Notes under the pieces: model-generated | Told to the model about the DNA's origin: nothing | Seen by the model: the letters and a program-made list of their open reading frames with translations, nothing else | The model's database searches: none | Assembly (NCBI GenBank): GCA_017399965.1 | Contig: JAFQAP010000018.1 | Coordinates: 11,546 to 75,545, forward strand | Direction: 5' to 3' | DNA length: 64,000 bases | Source: Clostridia bacterium | Lineage (GTDB): Bacteria; Bacillota; Clostridia; Oscillospirales; CAG-382 | In this document: one piece after another, positions 1-9,159 of the stretch | Layout: each line of letters opens with the position of its first letter | How positions within the stretch are numbered: position 1 is the stretch's first letter | Translations under genes and position numbers: made by a program

Positions 1-1
1 A

Positions 2-790
2 ATGGTTGATCTGGCATTCAAAGAAGAATGGATCGATTTCTACCCCCGTGCAGGCAAGGTGGGCGGCGCATTCTGCTCCAACCTTCCCTTTGTTGGTCAG
101 AGCCGAATTCTCACAAACTTTTCCGGCAGCTTCGGCTCGGTTGTAACCCTCGCTCACGAGCTTGGCCACGCATACCACGGTCAGCAGATCCAATCCCACC
201 GTCCTCTTAACACCGGCTATACCATGCCCGTTGCAGAGACCGCATCCAACTTCAACGAGCTCATTATCGTAAACGATGCTATTTCCAAGGCAAAAGGCGA
301 AGAAAAGATACAGCTTATCGAAAGCCAGATTCAGGATTCCACCCAGATAATCGTTGATATCTATTCCCGTTTTCTCTTTGAAGACGAGGTGATCCGCCGC
401 AGAAACAACACCTTCCTTTATGCAGACGAGCTGGAAAAGATAATGATAAACGCCCAGAAGGAAGCGTACGGCGACGGACTGGACCCCGATTATCTCCACC
501 CCTATATGTGGTGTTGTAAGAGCCATTATTACAGAGCGGGACTGAGCTACTATAACTTCCCCTACGCATTCGGCGGACTCTTCTCCCGCGGACTTTACGC
601 AAAATATCTTGAAGAGGGCGTTTCGTTCCTGCCCAAATACAGAGAATTGCTTCGCGCCACAACGGTCGATACTGTAGAAAACGTAGCCGCTATTGCGGGA
701 ATAGACCTTACCCGCCCCGAATTCTGGAGAGAAAGTCTTAAGACCATTACCGACCAGATCGAGATGTTTATCGCGGAAACAAGCAAATAA
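2..790 (+). CDS. pepF: M3B oligoendopeptidase F-family zinc metallopeptidase, C-terminal portion (5' end outside window)
   Basis: ORF is open at the window edge. HExxH zinc site in 'TLAHELGHAYHG'. Followed by a hairpin terminator. Confidence 0.85.
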   Translation: MVDLAFKEEWIDFYPRAGKVGGAFCSNLPFVGQSRILTNFSGSFGSVVTLAHELGHAYHGQQIQSHRPLNTGYTMPVAETASNFNELIIVNDAISKAKGEEKIQLIESQIQDSTQIIVDIYSRFLFEDEVIRRRNNTFLYADELEKIMINAQKEAYGDGLDPDYLHPYMWCCKSHYYRAGLSYYNFPYAFGGLFSRGLYAKYLEEGVSFLPKYRELLRATTVDTVENVAAIAGIDLTRPEFWRESLKTITDQIEMFIAETSK

Positions 791-803
791 AAATCGTATA
801 TGC

Positions 804-838
804 AAAAAAAGTCTGTCCTTTGCGGGACAGACTTTTTC
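804..838. terminator. bidirectional rho-independent terminator between convergent genes
   Basis: Stem GTCTGTCC (811-818) / GGACAGAC (825-832), with an A-run upstream and T5 downstream. Confidence 0.8.
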
Positions 839-851
839 AGCTTCTTACAGC

Positions 852-1850
852 TTAACCTCCACATATAACGCTTTTAGCTTCCGCAAAAGCATTTTTCTTT
901 ATTTCTTCGTTTAGGCATTTTGTAACGTAGAAACTATTATCCTTCAAGGAAGAAAATTGCAAATAAGAATCTTGCGAATAGAGTGTTTCAAACAAACGGT
1001 TTTCTTCGTACTTTTTCGAGTAAATACGATCTCCGTAAATATTCAATAAGTACGGATATGTCGTATACATTCGCAAGTCCACTCGGTCGTCAAGACTCTT
1101 AAGCATCATCGGGAAAGTGCCTGAACATCCCGACTCAACCACAATAATGTGCTTTTCTTTTATTTCGCTCAATAAATCGACAAAGCATTTTTCGATCTTT
1201 GGATAATTTCTCAATGTATTTCGTATATCCTGCAAAACAAAGTTGCAAAAGCCGTTATAATCTTTGCACTTGCCGACTTCCAACGCTTTAATGATAGAGG
1301 CGCGTATTTCGTCATCTATGCATTCTTTCCCCGCAATAGCTTCCAATGTTTTTCTGCCAAGCAGCCACGGGTAAATACGTGTTCTATTCTTGGCTTGATA
1401 ATAAATATACGGCAACAATGTATCACGGAGCAAAAATAAATAAGCAGTATCTTTCTCGTAACCAACCCAATTACAAAAGCAAATTATGTTTGTCAAAAAT
1501 GGGTTTTCGGTTGTAGCTTTGTTTTCCGTCGCACCGGCAACAAGCTCATTTATTGCATATATTAACTCTGTTTCTTCCCGGTCATACGCTGCTTCGGATT
1601 TAGATATTGATCTTTTATAAACGGAGAACGGTTCCGCATTATTGTCGTATAAATACTTACGTAACCGTGAAACGCCTTGACAAGTACTCTCAAGTGCCTC
1701 ATTAAGCTCTGTATATCCCTCGTCAAGCAGATCGTCAAGCATTTTTAAAAGCTGTTTTGCATGATATACCGTTTCGGTATTTGCAGATGATGCTTCGATT
1801 TTCTGCAATTCATCTATGTAATAATTTAAACTGTAAGAAATGAATCCCAT
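852..1850 (-). CDS. hypothetical protein (332 aa)
   Basis: Long ORF, last gene of a tightly packed minus-strand string. No motif I recognise. Confidence 0.55.
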   Translation of the reverse strand: MGFISYSLNYYIDELQKIEASSANTETVYHAKQLLKMLDDLLDEGYTELNEALESTCQGVSRLRKYLYDNNAEPFSVYKRSISKSEAAYDREETELIYAINELVAGATENKATTENPFLTNIICFCNWVGYEKDTAYLFLLRDTLLPYIYYQAKNRTRIYPWLLGRKTLEAIAGKECIDDEIRASIIKALEVGKCKDYNGFCNFVLQDIRNTLRNYPKIEKCFVDLLSEIKEKHIIVVESGCSGTFPMMLKSLDDRVDLRMYTTYPYLLNIYGDRIYSKKYEENRLFETLYSQDSYLQFSSLKDNSFYVTKCLNEEIKKNAFAEAKSVICGG

Positions 1851-1879
1851 TTGTTATCTTCCCGAATATTGTATTTAAT

Positions 1880-2419
1880 CTATTTGCTCTTTAAGTTCGT
1901 CCAAGTTTCACTTGTCATAAGCATTACGTGTCCCGTGCGGATTTCATTAAGTTGCGATACCAAAAGACCCTCTGTGGTATGATGATACACAAATCCGAGT
2001 TTTTCCTGCACGCGGCGGGATTTTTTGTTATTATCGTAACGTCCGCACCAAACTGCATTTACGCCAAGCTCTTCAAAAGCGTGCCGCAAAAGTTCCTTCG
2101 CCGCTTCGGGAATGATGCCCTGCCCCCAAAAAGGCTTTCCCAGCCAATATCCAAGTTCGCACTCGTCTTTTCGATCAGTCATATCGGTATTAAAGTTTAA
2201 GTGTATATTGCCGATAGGCTTGCCATCTTTGAAACAGACGGCGTAAACTTCGGGATGCATCAAAAGTGTTTTAATAATCCCGCGGCTATATTCGATGCTT
2301 GTGTGAGGCACCCAGCCGGCGGGCGGACCAACCTCGGGATCGCTTGCATATTTATATAGTTCTTCCGCATCATTTTCATTCCACGGGCGGAGAATGAGTC
2401 GGGATGTTTCAAGTATCAT
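1880..2419 (-). CDS. GNAT family N-acetyltransferase (RimJ/RimL-like)
   Basis: N-terminus 'TSRLILRPWNENDAEELY' and an acetyl-CoA loop 'WGQGIIPEAAKELLRHAF'. Confidence 0.85.
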   Translation of the reverse strand: MILETSRLILRPWNENDAEELYKYASDPEVGPPAGWVPHTSIEYSRGIIKTLLMHPEVYAVCFKDGKPIGNIHLNFNTDMTDRKDECELGYWLGKPFWGQGIIPEAAKELLRHAFEELGVNAVWCGRYDNNKKSRRVQEKLGFVYHHTTEGLLVSQLNEIRTGHVMLMTSETWTNLKSK

Positions 2420-2451
2420 TTCTTGTTATTATCCTTTTTGCGCTTATTTTT

Positions 2452-2775
2452 TCAAATATAAATCAAAAATTGCTCTTCGGGATCGCAACCGTTGATTTCT
2501 GATATGGTAACTTCGTCCCAAATATCAAAAAGAGATCTTCCGTCAAACACTTTTGCAAACACAAACTCTTCAAAGGTGCAGTATTCAAATGCATTGTCGC
2601 CATCCTCGGTGAGTCCGAACCAATATAAATCTGCTTTCGACTTTTCTTCGGGCATTTTGCCCATCCAGCAAGAACTAAATTTCCCGCAATCTTTTACCGA
2701 AAAAGCAATTTCAAGGCAGTACGTTCCTTTTGTTTCGAATGCCATCAGTTGTTTGAACTGCTCAAATGTTATCAT
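2452..2775 (-). CDS. hypothetical small cytoplasmic protein (107 aa)
   Basis: ORF with an upstream GGAAAGGAAA-type RBS, packed between the GNAT and methyltransferase genes. Confidence 0.5.
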   Translation of the reverse strand: MITFEQFKQLMAFETKGTYCLEIAFSVKDCGKFSSCWMGKMPEEKSKADLYWFGLTEDGDNAFEYCTFEEFVFAKVFDGRSLFDIWDEVTISEINGCDPEEQFLIYI

Positions 2776-2800
2776 TTTAGTTTTCCTTTCTTTTTCTTAT

Positions 2801-3412
2801 TCACATCATCGGCAACCTGAAAATCATTATCCGTTCACGGCGGTCGTTGCCCTCGAACAGGTCGGTACAATCAATCTCATCGTAAAATTCCAGTTCGTCA
2901 ACCGTCATAAGATAACCTATATATTCGTCCGTGGGGTAATAGAAAAACAAAAGTATTTCTCTTGGATCCCCATAATAGGATTCAATTATCCTCGCCATAA
3001 CTTTGCGGAGTATCTCCACGGAAAATGGGTTGAAGAAATAGCATCTGTTGACACCGGACAAAACCTTATATTCCTCCGCCCTTGTTAAAACAATATCCGT
3101 TTTTGCTGTTTTTACCGCTGTTTTTTGGTTTTCCAAGGCGGTTTTATATATGTGCTCATCGTATTCGATACCCACAGCGGATACTTTTGTGCGGGAGGAA
3201 AGAAAAAATCCCACCCTGCCTTTTCCGCAGCCGTAGTCCAAAACCACATCATCTTGCCCGAAAAAGCCGCTGTCCGCCAGACGCTCCAAAACGGTATATG
3301 GCGTGGGCTCGTATGGAAAACGGTAGTTATCGGAATTGGTATCGTCCCGACCGCTTGTTTTTATTTGCAAAAGCTTATCCCAAGTGTTTTCGTTATCTGT
3401 AGTTCTTTGCAT
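2801..3412 (-). CDS. class I SAM-dependent methyltransferase
   Basis: Motif I 'VLDYGCGKGRVGFFL'. Size is typical of small-molecule or RNA methyltransferases. Confidence 0.75.
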   Translation of the reverse strand: MQRTTDNENTWDKLLQIKTSGRDDTNSDNYRFPYEPTPYTVLERLADSGFFGQDDVVLDYGCGKGRVGFFLSSRTKVSAVGIEYDEHIYKTALENQKTAVKTAKTDIVLTRAEEYKVLSGVNRCYFFNPFSVEILRKVMARIIESYYGDPREILLFFYYPTDEYIGYLMTVDELEFYDEIDCTDLFEGNDRRERIMIFRLPMM

Positions 3413-3438
3413 CAGTCTGTTTTCCTTTTGCGGGCATT

Positions 3439-4200
3439 CTATGCCTTTTTATCGGGAGCGTATTTGCGTAAAATTTCCATAATATCGCACCGATACACGT
3501 TGCCGCCGAGAACATCGCCGTTTGGAGAAAAAGATATGCAGCGGATATCAAACGGGTCTTCTGTATATGGGTTTTCAGGGCGGTTTTCCGTAAAATATTC
3601 GGCAAGATATTTGAGCGCGTTTCCTTCGGGAAAAACTATATTTCCGTCGTTTTCCCGAATTTGCATATCCGCAAAGCTTTCAAGTATTTCCCGTGTTTTG
3701 AGGTTATACGTGTTATCGTCATCACGGCTTACCAGCCACGCGGGCTGTAATCTTATGGGAATACCGCAGTTTTTTGCCTCTTTCGCAAAAAGCTTTACCG
3801 TTTCGAGCGGAAGCGTTTCCTGATGAAACGCATCCACAGACAAAAGCAGGTCGTTTACGCCGCATTTTGAAAGGTTTTCCGCCACTTTCCGTATATTATG
3901 CGCATCCTTTGAAAAACAGCCGTTGGTAATTATCTGCCGTTTGGGAATATTCATTTCAAAAGCGGCGCTCATTATCTCACACGCCGTATCCGCGTACAAA
4001 AGCGGCTCTCCGCCGAACACCATTACGGTTTTGATGTTGTATTCCGCGGATATTTTTCTCACTGCGTCTGCTGCTTTCAGCGGATCGATATGTTCGCCGT
4101 AACAAGCGTGCTCCCCTTCCGAGCAATGCTTACACCGTCCCGTGCAGGCATATGTTACGGCAAATTCTATTTTGTTCAGATTTTTAAGATATTGGTTCAT
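3439..4200 (-). CDS. radical SAM protein (no SPASM extension seen)
   Basis: CxxxCxxC cluster 'CTGRCKHC' at aa 19-26. 'VFGGEPLL' GGE motif. Confidence 0.8.
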   Translation of the reverse strand: MNQYLKNLNKIEFAVTYACTGRCKHCSEGEHACYGEHIDPLKAADAVRKISAEYNIKTVMVFGGEPLLYADTACEIMSAAFEMNIPKRQIITNGCFSKDAHNIRKVAENLSKCGVNDLLLSVDAFHQETLPLETVKLFAKEAKNCGIPIRLQPAWLVSRDDDNTYNLKTREILESFADMQIRENDGNIVFPEGNALKYLAEYFTENRPENPYTEDPFDIRCISFSPNGDVLGGNVYRCDIMEILRKYAPDKKA

Positions 4201-4227
4201 ATTTTCCCGCTGCTTGTCACCTTGAAG

Positions 4228-4890
4228 TTATATCTTTATGATTTTTAATATTTGTTCTTCGGTTGCCGAAGCGAACAGCTTTTTAAAGTGTTGGATGATC
4301 TTTTGCTTGGATTGGGAAGGGTTGGTTTTGTATGCAGAGGTAACATAGTCATACCCAAAGAAATGTTCGAGTGTGGTATACTGCGCCACCCCCCAGCCGT
4401 AAGGCTTTCCGTGTTTGTCCTGCATATAAACAAAATCCGCCACGCAAACGTAGCTTTGCATCTGAAGCCGTGTAATAACGGTATCGAATCCTTTGTTACC
4501 GCCCTTGACGTAGTTACAAGCCGTTTTAAGATCCTTTGAAAGAATAACCTCTTGTTTGGCGATGGCTTCAAACAGTTCTTTGTCCTTATAAAACACCAAT
4601 CCGTCGTCGCAACGGGAATCAAAATCGTATCCATCGCGGCGGTAGTTGGCAAAATGAGGCACCCATGCTTTGCTTACAAATCCCGCTTTGCCGCCGAAAA
4701 GCTTTCCATAGATACATCTTCCGCTTTTGGCGGCGGGACCTTTCCATTCCCACGGGCCGTCAAGATCGGTAAACCACAGTTCGGACGGGCACATTTCTTC
4801 TACCGAAAAGCCTTTTATTGAATTTTTGAAAAACGGCAGAAATCCGTATTCTTCCACTGCTTCCAGCAGTTGGTCCACACTCCGCAGCAT
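4228..4890 (-). CDS. hypothetical protein, possibly AlkZ-related / winged-helix family
   Basis: 220 aa. 'GFLPFFKNSIKGFSVEEM...DGPWEWKGP' resembles short AlkZ-related proteins from memory only. Confidence 0.4.
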   Translation of the reverse strand: MLRSVDQLLEAVEEYGFLPFFKNSIKGFSVEEMCPSELWFTDLDGPWEWKGPAAKSGRCIYGKLFGGKAGFVSKAWVPHFANYRRDGYDFDSRCDDGLVFYKDKELFEAIAKQEVILSKDLKTACNYVKGGNKGFDTVITRLQMQSYVCVADFVYMQDKHGKPYGWGVAQYTTLEHFFGYDYVTSAYKTNPSQSKQKIIQHFKKLFASATEEQILKIIKI

Positions 4891-4946
4891 TTTATCCCCT
4901 TACTTTCGTAATCTTTATTTTTGCGGTTCAAGTACCATTTCAGCCT

Positions 4947-5336
4947 CTATTTAACTATCTCGTACTGCCAATCAATAATACCGCCGAACTCTTTTACGTT
5001 GGTATAACCCAATTTCACAAGCTCCTCGGATGCTATTTTGCTCCGCCTGCCGCTGCGGCAGTAAACCAGAATAAGAATATCCTTTTGAGGAATGAGCGAA
5101 GGAGCTTTTTGTGCTATTTCGTATTCGGGAATAAGAATTGCGCCTTCTATATGTCCGCCTGCAAACTCTTCTTCTGTACGGGCATCTATGATAATGTAAT
5201 CGGTTTGAGTATCCATAATTTCCTTGGCTTTTTCTTGGGAGATCTGCTCATAAGATGCGTTGTTTCCTCCGCAGGAAAACAAATTAAGAACCGAAGCAGA
5301 GATCAAAAACATAATAAACCATCCTTTTATTTTCAT
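4947..5336 (-). CDS. rhodanese-like sulfurtransferase domain lipoprotein
   Basis: Lipobox 'LNLFSCGG'. Active-site loop 'CRSGRRS'. ATG at 5336 lies 6 nt after AAGGTGA. Confidence 0.8.
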   Translation of the reverse strand: MKIKGWFIMFLISASVLNLFSCGGNNASYEQISQEKAKEIMDTQTDYIIIDARTEEEFAGGHIEGAILIPEYEIAQKAPSLIPQKDILILVYCRSGRRSKIASEELVKLGYTNVKEFGGIIDWQYEIVK

Positions 5337-5353
5337 AGGTATCACCTTGATTT

Positions 5354-6211
5354 TTATATCTTTTTTATAGGTAAAAGCATTCTTGTTTGCTTTTTATAAA
5401 GAGAGAAGCCTTCTTTGCGGGATTGTCTGCCGTCTGCCAACGGGATACTTACCGCAAGGAAAAGCACGGTGTTTGCAAGCGCACCGGAAAGAAGATACCA
5501 GACATCGGGAGCAGCGCAGACCACCGCCAGACCTACTCCCCACCACATTAAGATCTCGCCCAGATAATTGGGGTGGCGGGAATATTTCCAGAGTCCGTTT
5601 CGAATAAAACTACCGTTTCGGTTTCGTCTGAATTTATGCATCTGAATATCTGCGATCCCCTGCATTGTTGCCGCACCCAAAGAAAGACAAAGGAGCAAAA
5701 CGCTTGCGAAATCTGCATCAATGCCATCTCTCACCGCATATACCGAGGGAAGAATGCACCCGTAAACCACCAAAGTAGGCACCATATGTATACCAATGAA
5801 ATTTATAATGGGATAAAACATCCCCGTTTTTTCACACAGCATGGTGTAACGCCAGTCCTGATGGCACAGATCTTTAAAGGTGTACGCCCAGTTGGCGGTA
5901 AGACGGATCCCCCAAAAGAATACGGAAATTAAAAGCAGAATACCAAAGGCACTAAGCTCTTTTCCAACTGCAAATGCAGCTAATATTACAGGTGGCTGTA
6001 CGCTCCAATACGGGTCGTATACCGATGCGTTTTTGAATATAAGGCTGAAAACAAAAGTAAACACAGTGGCGGCGGTATCTGCAACAAGCAGGGACAGCCA
6101 CCAATCAAAGGGTAGGCTTCTGTATACCCACACACCAACAATGCCCGCCAAAATATATACCAGAGCCAGAATAACAAAGCTTAACGGGCGATTTTTCTTT
6201 AGTGTTTCCAT
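5354..6211 (-). CDS. DUF1295 / steroid 5-alpha-reductase-like membrane protein
   Basis: Multi-TM protein. C-terminal 'YSRHPNYLGEILMWWG' signature. ATG at 6211 follows AGAGGTG. Confidence 0.7.
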   Translation of the reverse strand: METLKKNRPLSFVILALVYILAGIVGVWVYRSLPFDWWLSLLVADTAATVFTFVFSLIFKNASVYDPYWSVQPPVILAAFAVGKELSAFGILLLISVFFWGIRLTANWAYTFKDLCHQDWRYTMLCEKTGMFYPIINFIGIHMVPTLVVYGCILPSVYAVRDGIDADFASVLLLCLSLGAATMQGIADIQMHKFRRNRNGSFIRNGLWKYSRHPNYLGEILMWWGVGLAVVCAAPDVWYLLSGALANTVLFLAVSIPLADGRQSRKEGFSLYKKQTRMLLPIKKI

Positions 6212-6285
6212 AAATAACACCTCTTTACGATTAGACGGCGCCGAAAGTATAAGGTAAAATAATAATATGATTAAGCCGTATTTAT

Positions 6286-7506
6286 TTAAGGTTTCTTTAT
6301 ACTTAAGTTAAGACCCAAAGCTATTACCGCCAAAGATAGCAACAATGCAAAGGGAACGGTATATCCCTCTGTCGCCGTTAATATAGATGAACATGCAGTG
6401 GCAACGAAAGATGCAAACATAAGGTTAAAGTTCATAACGCCGAGATTTGCGGCAAAATGCTTTGTACCGTAAAATGCCGACGTAAATACAGATGCTACGG
6501 TAGGAGATGCGCCGTAGGACATACCTGTAAGGCAAAGTCCCGCAATGCACAAAGGCAGAGAGTTTACGCTTACCGCAATAAGAGTTGTTCCTGCGGCGAT
6601 TATGGTAAGAATATTTGCGCCAATCATAGTGAAACGTCTGCCCATGGTATCGAATACCGCGCCTGTAATAATTCTGCCCAGACCGTTGCAAACGGCAAGC
6701 ACTCCTACCAGGGTGGTTGCAAGCGCCGCTTCTGCGCCCACTGAAACTGCAAGATCTCTGGCGAAACTGATAACGGAATTACCCACTGCCGTAATACAAA
6801 CAAGAAATATGAAAGCCCGCCAGAAGGTAAAGGTTTTTATCATTTCTGTGGGTTTATAGTCCTTTATTTCAAAAGCTTCCGTTGCTGCCTTTGTACGCTT
6901 TTTGGGTGCAGGAAAAACAACATCTGCATTGGGACGCTTTATAAACAATGCCGAAACGCAAACAACCGCCCCAAGAGCTATTCCCAGAATTATATAAGTC
7001 GCTCTCCAGCCTATACTGCTTTTAAACAGCGCATCCGCAAGGTTACCCAATATCAAACTGCTGGCACCGAAGCCCATCATAAGCGCACCGGAGGACAAGC
7101 CCTTTTTGTCAGGAAACCAAGAGTTAACGGTAGATATGATCAATATATACGCCATTCCGATTCCCAATCCCGACATAAGCGCATAAGTAACGAAAATAAG
7201 CAGTGTTTGACCGTCTTTTAAAAAGCTTGTAAGTATAAATCCCACTCCTGCAAGAACGCCGGAAATAAGAATGGAAAAACGTATTCCAATCTTCTTGGAA
7301 AGCCAGCTCGAACCGAGACCGCCAAGGCAGAAAAAGCTCATCGTAAGCGTAAAGTTTAGGGCAAGCGAATCTGCAGTAAAGCCAAGTTCAGATGCAAAAG
7401 GCACTTTAAGAATGGACCACGCATAGATAATACCTGCAAAAAGCATTGTTATAACTCCTACGGCAAGTATAAACCATCTGTAATTCAAAGCTTTATTTTT
7501 ACTCAT
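6286..7506 (-). CDS. MFS transporter (oxalate/formate antiporter-like subfamily)
   Basis: About 12 TM segments. N-terminus 'NYRWFILAVGVITMLFAGIIYAWS'. ATG at 7506 follows GGAGGTG. Confidence 0.75.
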   Translation of the reverse strand: MSKNKALNYRWFILAVGVITMLFAGIIYAWSILKVPFASELGFTADSLALNFTLTMSFFCLGGLGSSWLSKKIGIRFSILISGVLAGVGFILTSFLKDGQTLLIFVTYALMSGLGIGMAYILIISTVNSWFPDKKGLSSGALMMGFGASSLILGNLADALFKSSIGWRATYIILGIALGAVVCVSALFIKRPNADVVFPAPKKRTKAATEAFEIKDYKPTEMIKTFTFWRAFIFLVCITAVGNSVISFARDLAVSVGAEAALATTLVGVLAVCNGLGRIITGAVFDTMGRRFTMIGANILTIIAAGTTLIAVSVNSLPLCIAGLCLTGMSYGASPTVASVFTSAFYGTKHFAANLGVMNFNLMFASFVATACSSILTATEGYTVPFALLLSLAVIALGLNLSIKKP

Positions 7507-7609
7507 ATAACACACCTCCGTTTTAAATATAATATCATTTACTGTATGTTTTTGTCAACATACAATAATTGTATCGGTGCAAAAACATGTTTTTCACTTT
7601 TTGTAAACA

Positions 7610-7638
7610 TTGACAACTTTAAAAGCTTGTGTTAAACT
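7610..7638 (+). promoter_or_regulatory. sigma-A type promoter of the DHHW gene
   Basis: TTGACA (7610-7615), 17-nt spacer, TAAACT (7633-7638), with an extended -10 TG at 7630-7631. Confidence 0.6.
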
Positions 7639-7680
7639 GCTTAAAAGAAAAGTAAAAAACTTGACCACGAGGCGTAAAAT

Positions 7681-8970
7681 ATGAAAAAATCCGCATTACT
7701 TTCTGTTGTGTTCCTGCTTGCCTTCGCTTTGTTGTTTGGATGTGTGGCGGCAGTGGATGGCGATTCTTCAAAAGAGCCCTCCGATAGCACAAGCAGCCCG
7801 CAGGTATCCGAAGATATTTCTAATGAGATATCCAAAGAAGAATCCTTGCAAGGAAGTCTGCCCGATGATACTTCGACAGAAAGTGAAGAAAACGATATGT
7901 CACAAGAAATATCTTACACAGAAAAAGAAGAGTCTTCGGAAGCGAGCGAAGAGATAAGTGTTCCCGCAGATGAAGAATCCACATACATTCCTCCCGAAGA
8001 ATCCTCTGCGCCTCCCGAAGAATCCTCGGAGCAGCCGCCGGAAGAATCGTCCGTGCCCGAAGAGATATACACCGATGCGGGAGATGCGGAATTTATCCCA
8101 TCCGGTTATCTGCTGTATGACGGGGCGGCATATTCCCAAGCTTATTTTAACAAGCGTGTTTCTCAAAGATATGCAGATGCATACGTAAAATACACCCAGA
8201 CCTTTCCCGGCGTACGCATTACTGCAATCAACCACCCCGCAAATTCCATAAATATTAAAAACCCCTATGTGCAGGCGATGCTTAATGACCAAGGCAAAGT
8301 ATTGGACGATATGGCATCCGTTATGTACGGCGACGTAAACTATATCAACCTGAGAAGCACATTCGAAAAGCATAAAGGCGAATATCTGTTTTTCAAGAGC
8401 GATTTTCACTGGACACAGTTGGGCGCATATTACACCTACTGCGAATATGCAAAATCCGTAGGTCTTACTCCCACTCCTCTTTCCGCGTTTGAAGACCGTG
8501 TGCTCACCACAGAATTTATCGGTCTTACCAACATTTATGCCCAGGATGAACGGGTAAACACCTTTTATGACACCTTGCACGCATATATGCCCCGCAAGAA
8601 ACACACTTATACGATATATTACGACGCAGAGAAAAACATTAAAGGACAATACGAGACCTGCGTGCATACGAATATAGAAACCTATTCCTGCTTCTTGATC
8701 GGCGACCAGCCTTATGCAGAGATAGTCGTTCCCGAAAACGATCAAAGCAAGGTGGTTTTGGTGATAAAAGAATCCTCGGGCAACGCATTCGTTCCTTTTC
8801 TTATCGAACATTACGGAAAGATAATAGTCATCGACCCCAGACATATCGATATCGACATCCGTCCTCTGGTAAAAAATGAAGGCGTAGACGATATAATCCT
8901 CTTTGCCACCGCATCCACCTCCAACGGCGACGCATATTGCAACTATTATTTAAAGCTGATCGGCGAATAA
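7681..8970 (+). CDS. DHHW-family lipoprotein (AlgJ/AlgX-like SGNH fold), motif variant DFHW
   Basis: Lipobox 'ALLFGC'. Ser/Glu/Pro-rich linker. 'FFKSDFHWTQLGAYY'. Paralog of 28645-29916. Confidence 0.75.
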   Translation: MKKSALLSVVFLLAFALLFGCVAAVDGDSSKEPSDSTSSPQVSEDISNEISKEESLQGSLPDDTSTESEENDMSQEISYTEKEESSEASEEISVPADEESTYIPPEESSAPPEESSEQPPEESSVPEEIYTDAGDAEFIPSGYLLYDGAAYSQAYFNKRVSQRYADAYVKYTQTFPGVRITAINHPANSINIKNPYVQAMLNDQGKVLDDMASVMYGDVNYINLRSTFEKHKGEYLFFKSDFHWTQLGAYYTYCEYAKSVGLTPTPLSAFEDRVLTTEFIGLTNIYAQDERVNTFYDTLHAYMPRKKHTYTIYYDAEKNIKGQYETCVHTNIETYSCFLIGDQPYAEIVVPENDQSKVVLVIKESSGNAFVPFLIEHYGKIIVIDPRHIDIDIRPLVKNEGVDDIILFATASTSNGDAYCNYYLKLIGE

Positions 8971-8987
8971 TTTAAATATATAAACGC

Positions 8988-9069
8988 TAATCACCCCAAC
9001 AAGCCTTGCGGCTTCTTGGGGACCCCGATAATCACCCCAACAAGCCTTGCGGCTTCTTGGGGACCCCGA
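8988..9069 (+). repeat. tandem pair of a 41-bp palindromic (REP-like) element
   Basis: TAATCACCCCAACAAGCCTTGCGGCTTCTTGGGGACCCCGA occurs twice, head to tail (8988-9028 and 9029-9069). Confidence 0.9.
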
Positions 9070-9070
9070 T

Positions 9071-9112
9071 AAAAATCCCCGCTTGCACTCAAATGCAAAC
9101 GGGGATTTTTGT
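9071..9112. terminator. bidirectional rho-independent terminator
   Basis: AAAAATCCCCG ... CGGGGATTTTT, with an inner TTGCA/TGCAA stem, between convergent genes. Confidence 0.8.
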
Positions 9113-9159
9113 ATGTAACTCTATATAAAAAGAAATACCGAAAAAACAGAAAACTTTAA

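Noticed and set aside
7900-8844. 314-aa minus-strand ORF inside DHHW gene 1, and its counterpart 28990-29838 inside DHHW gene 2. Also 13602-14318 and 14442-15284.
   Set aside because: These are antisense to genes with a lipobox and family motifs. Their translations are repetitive Phe/Gly/Cys/Arg strings that mirror the acidic repeats of the true genes.
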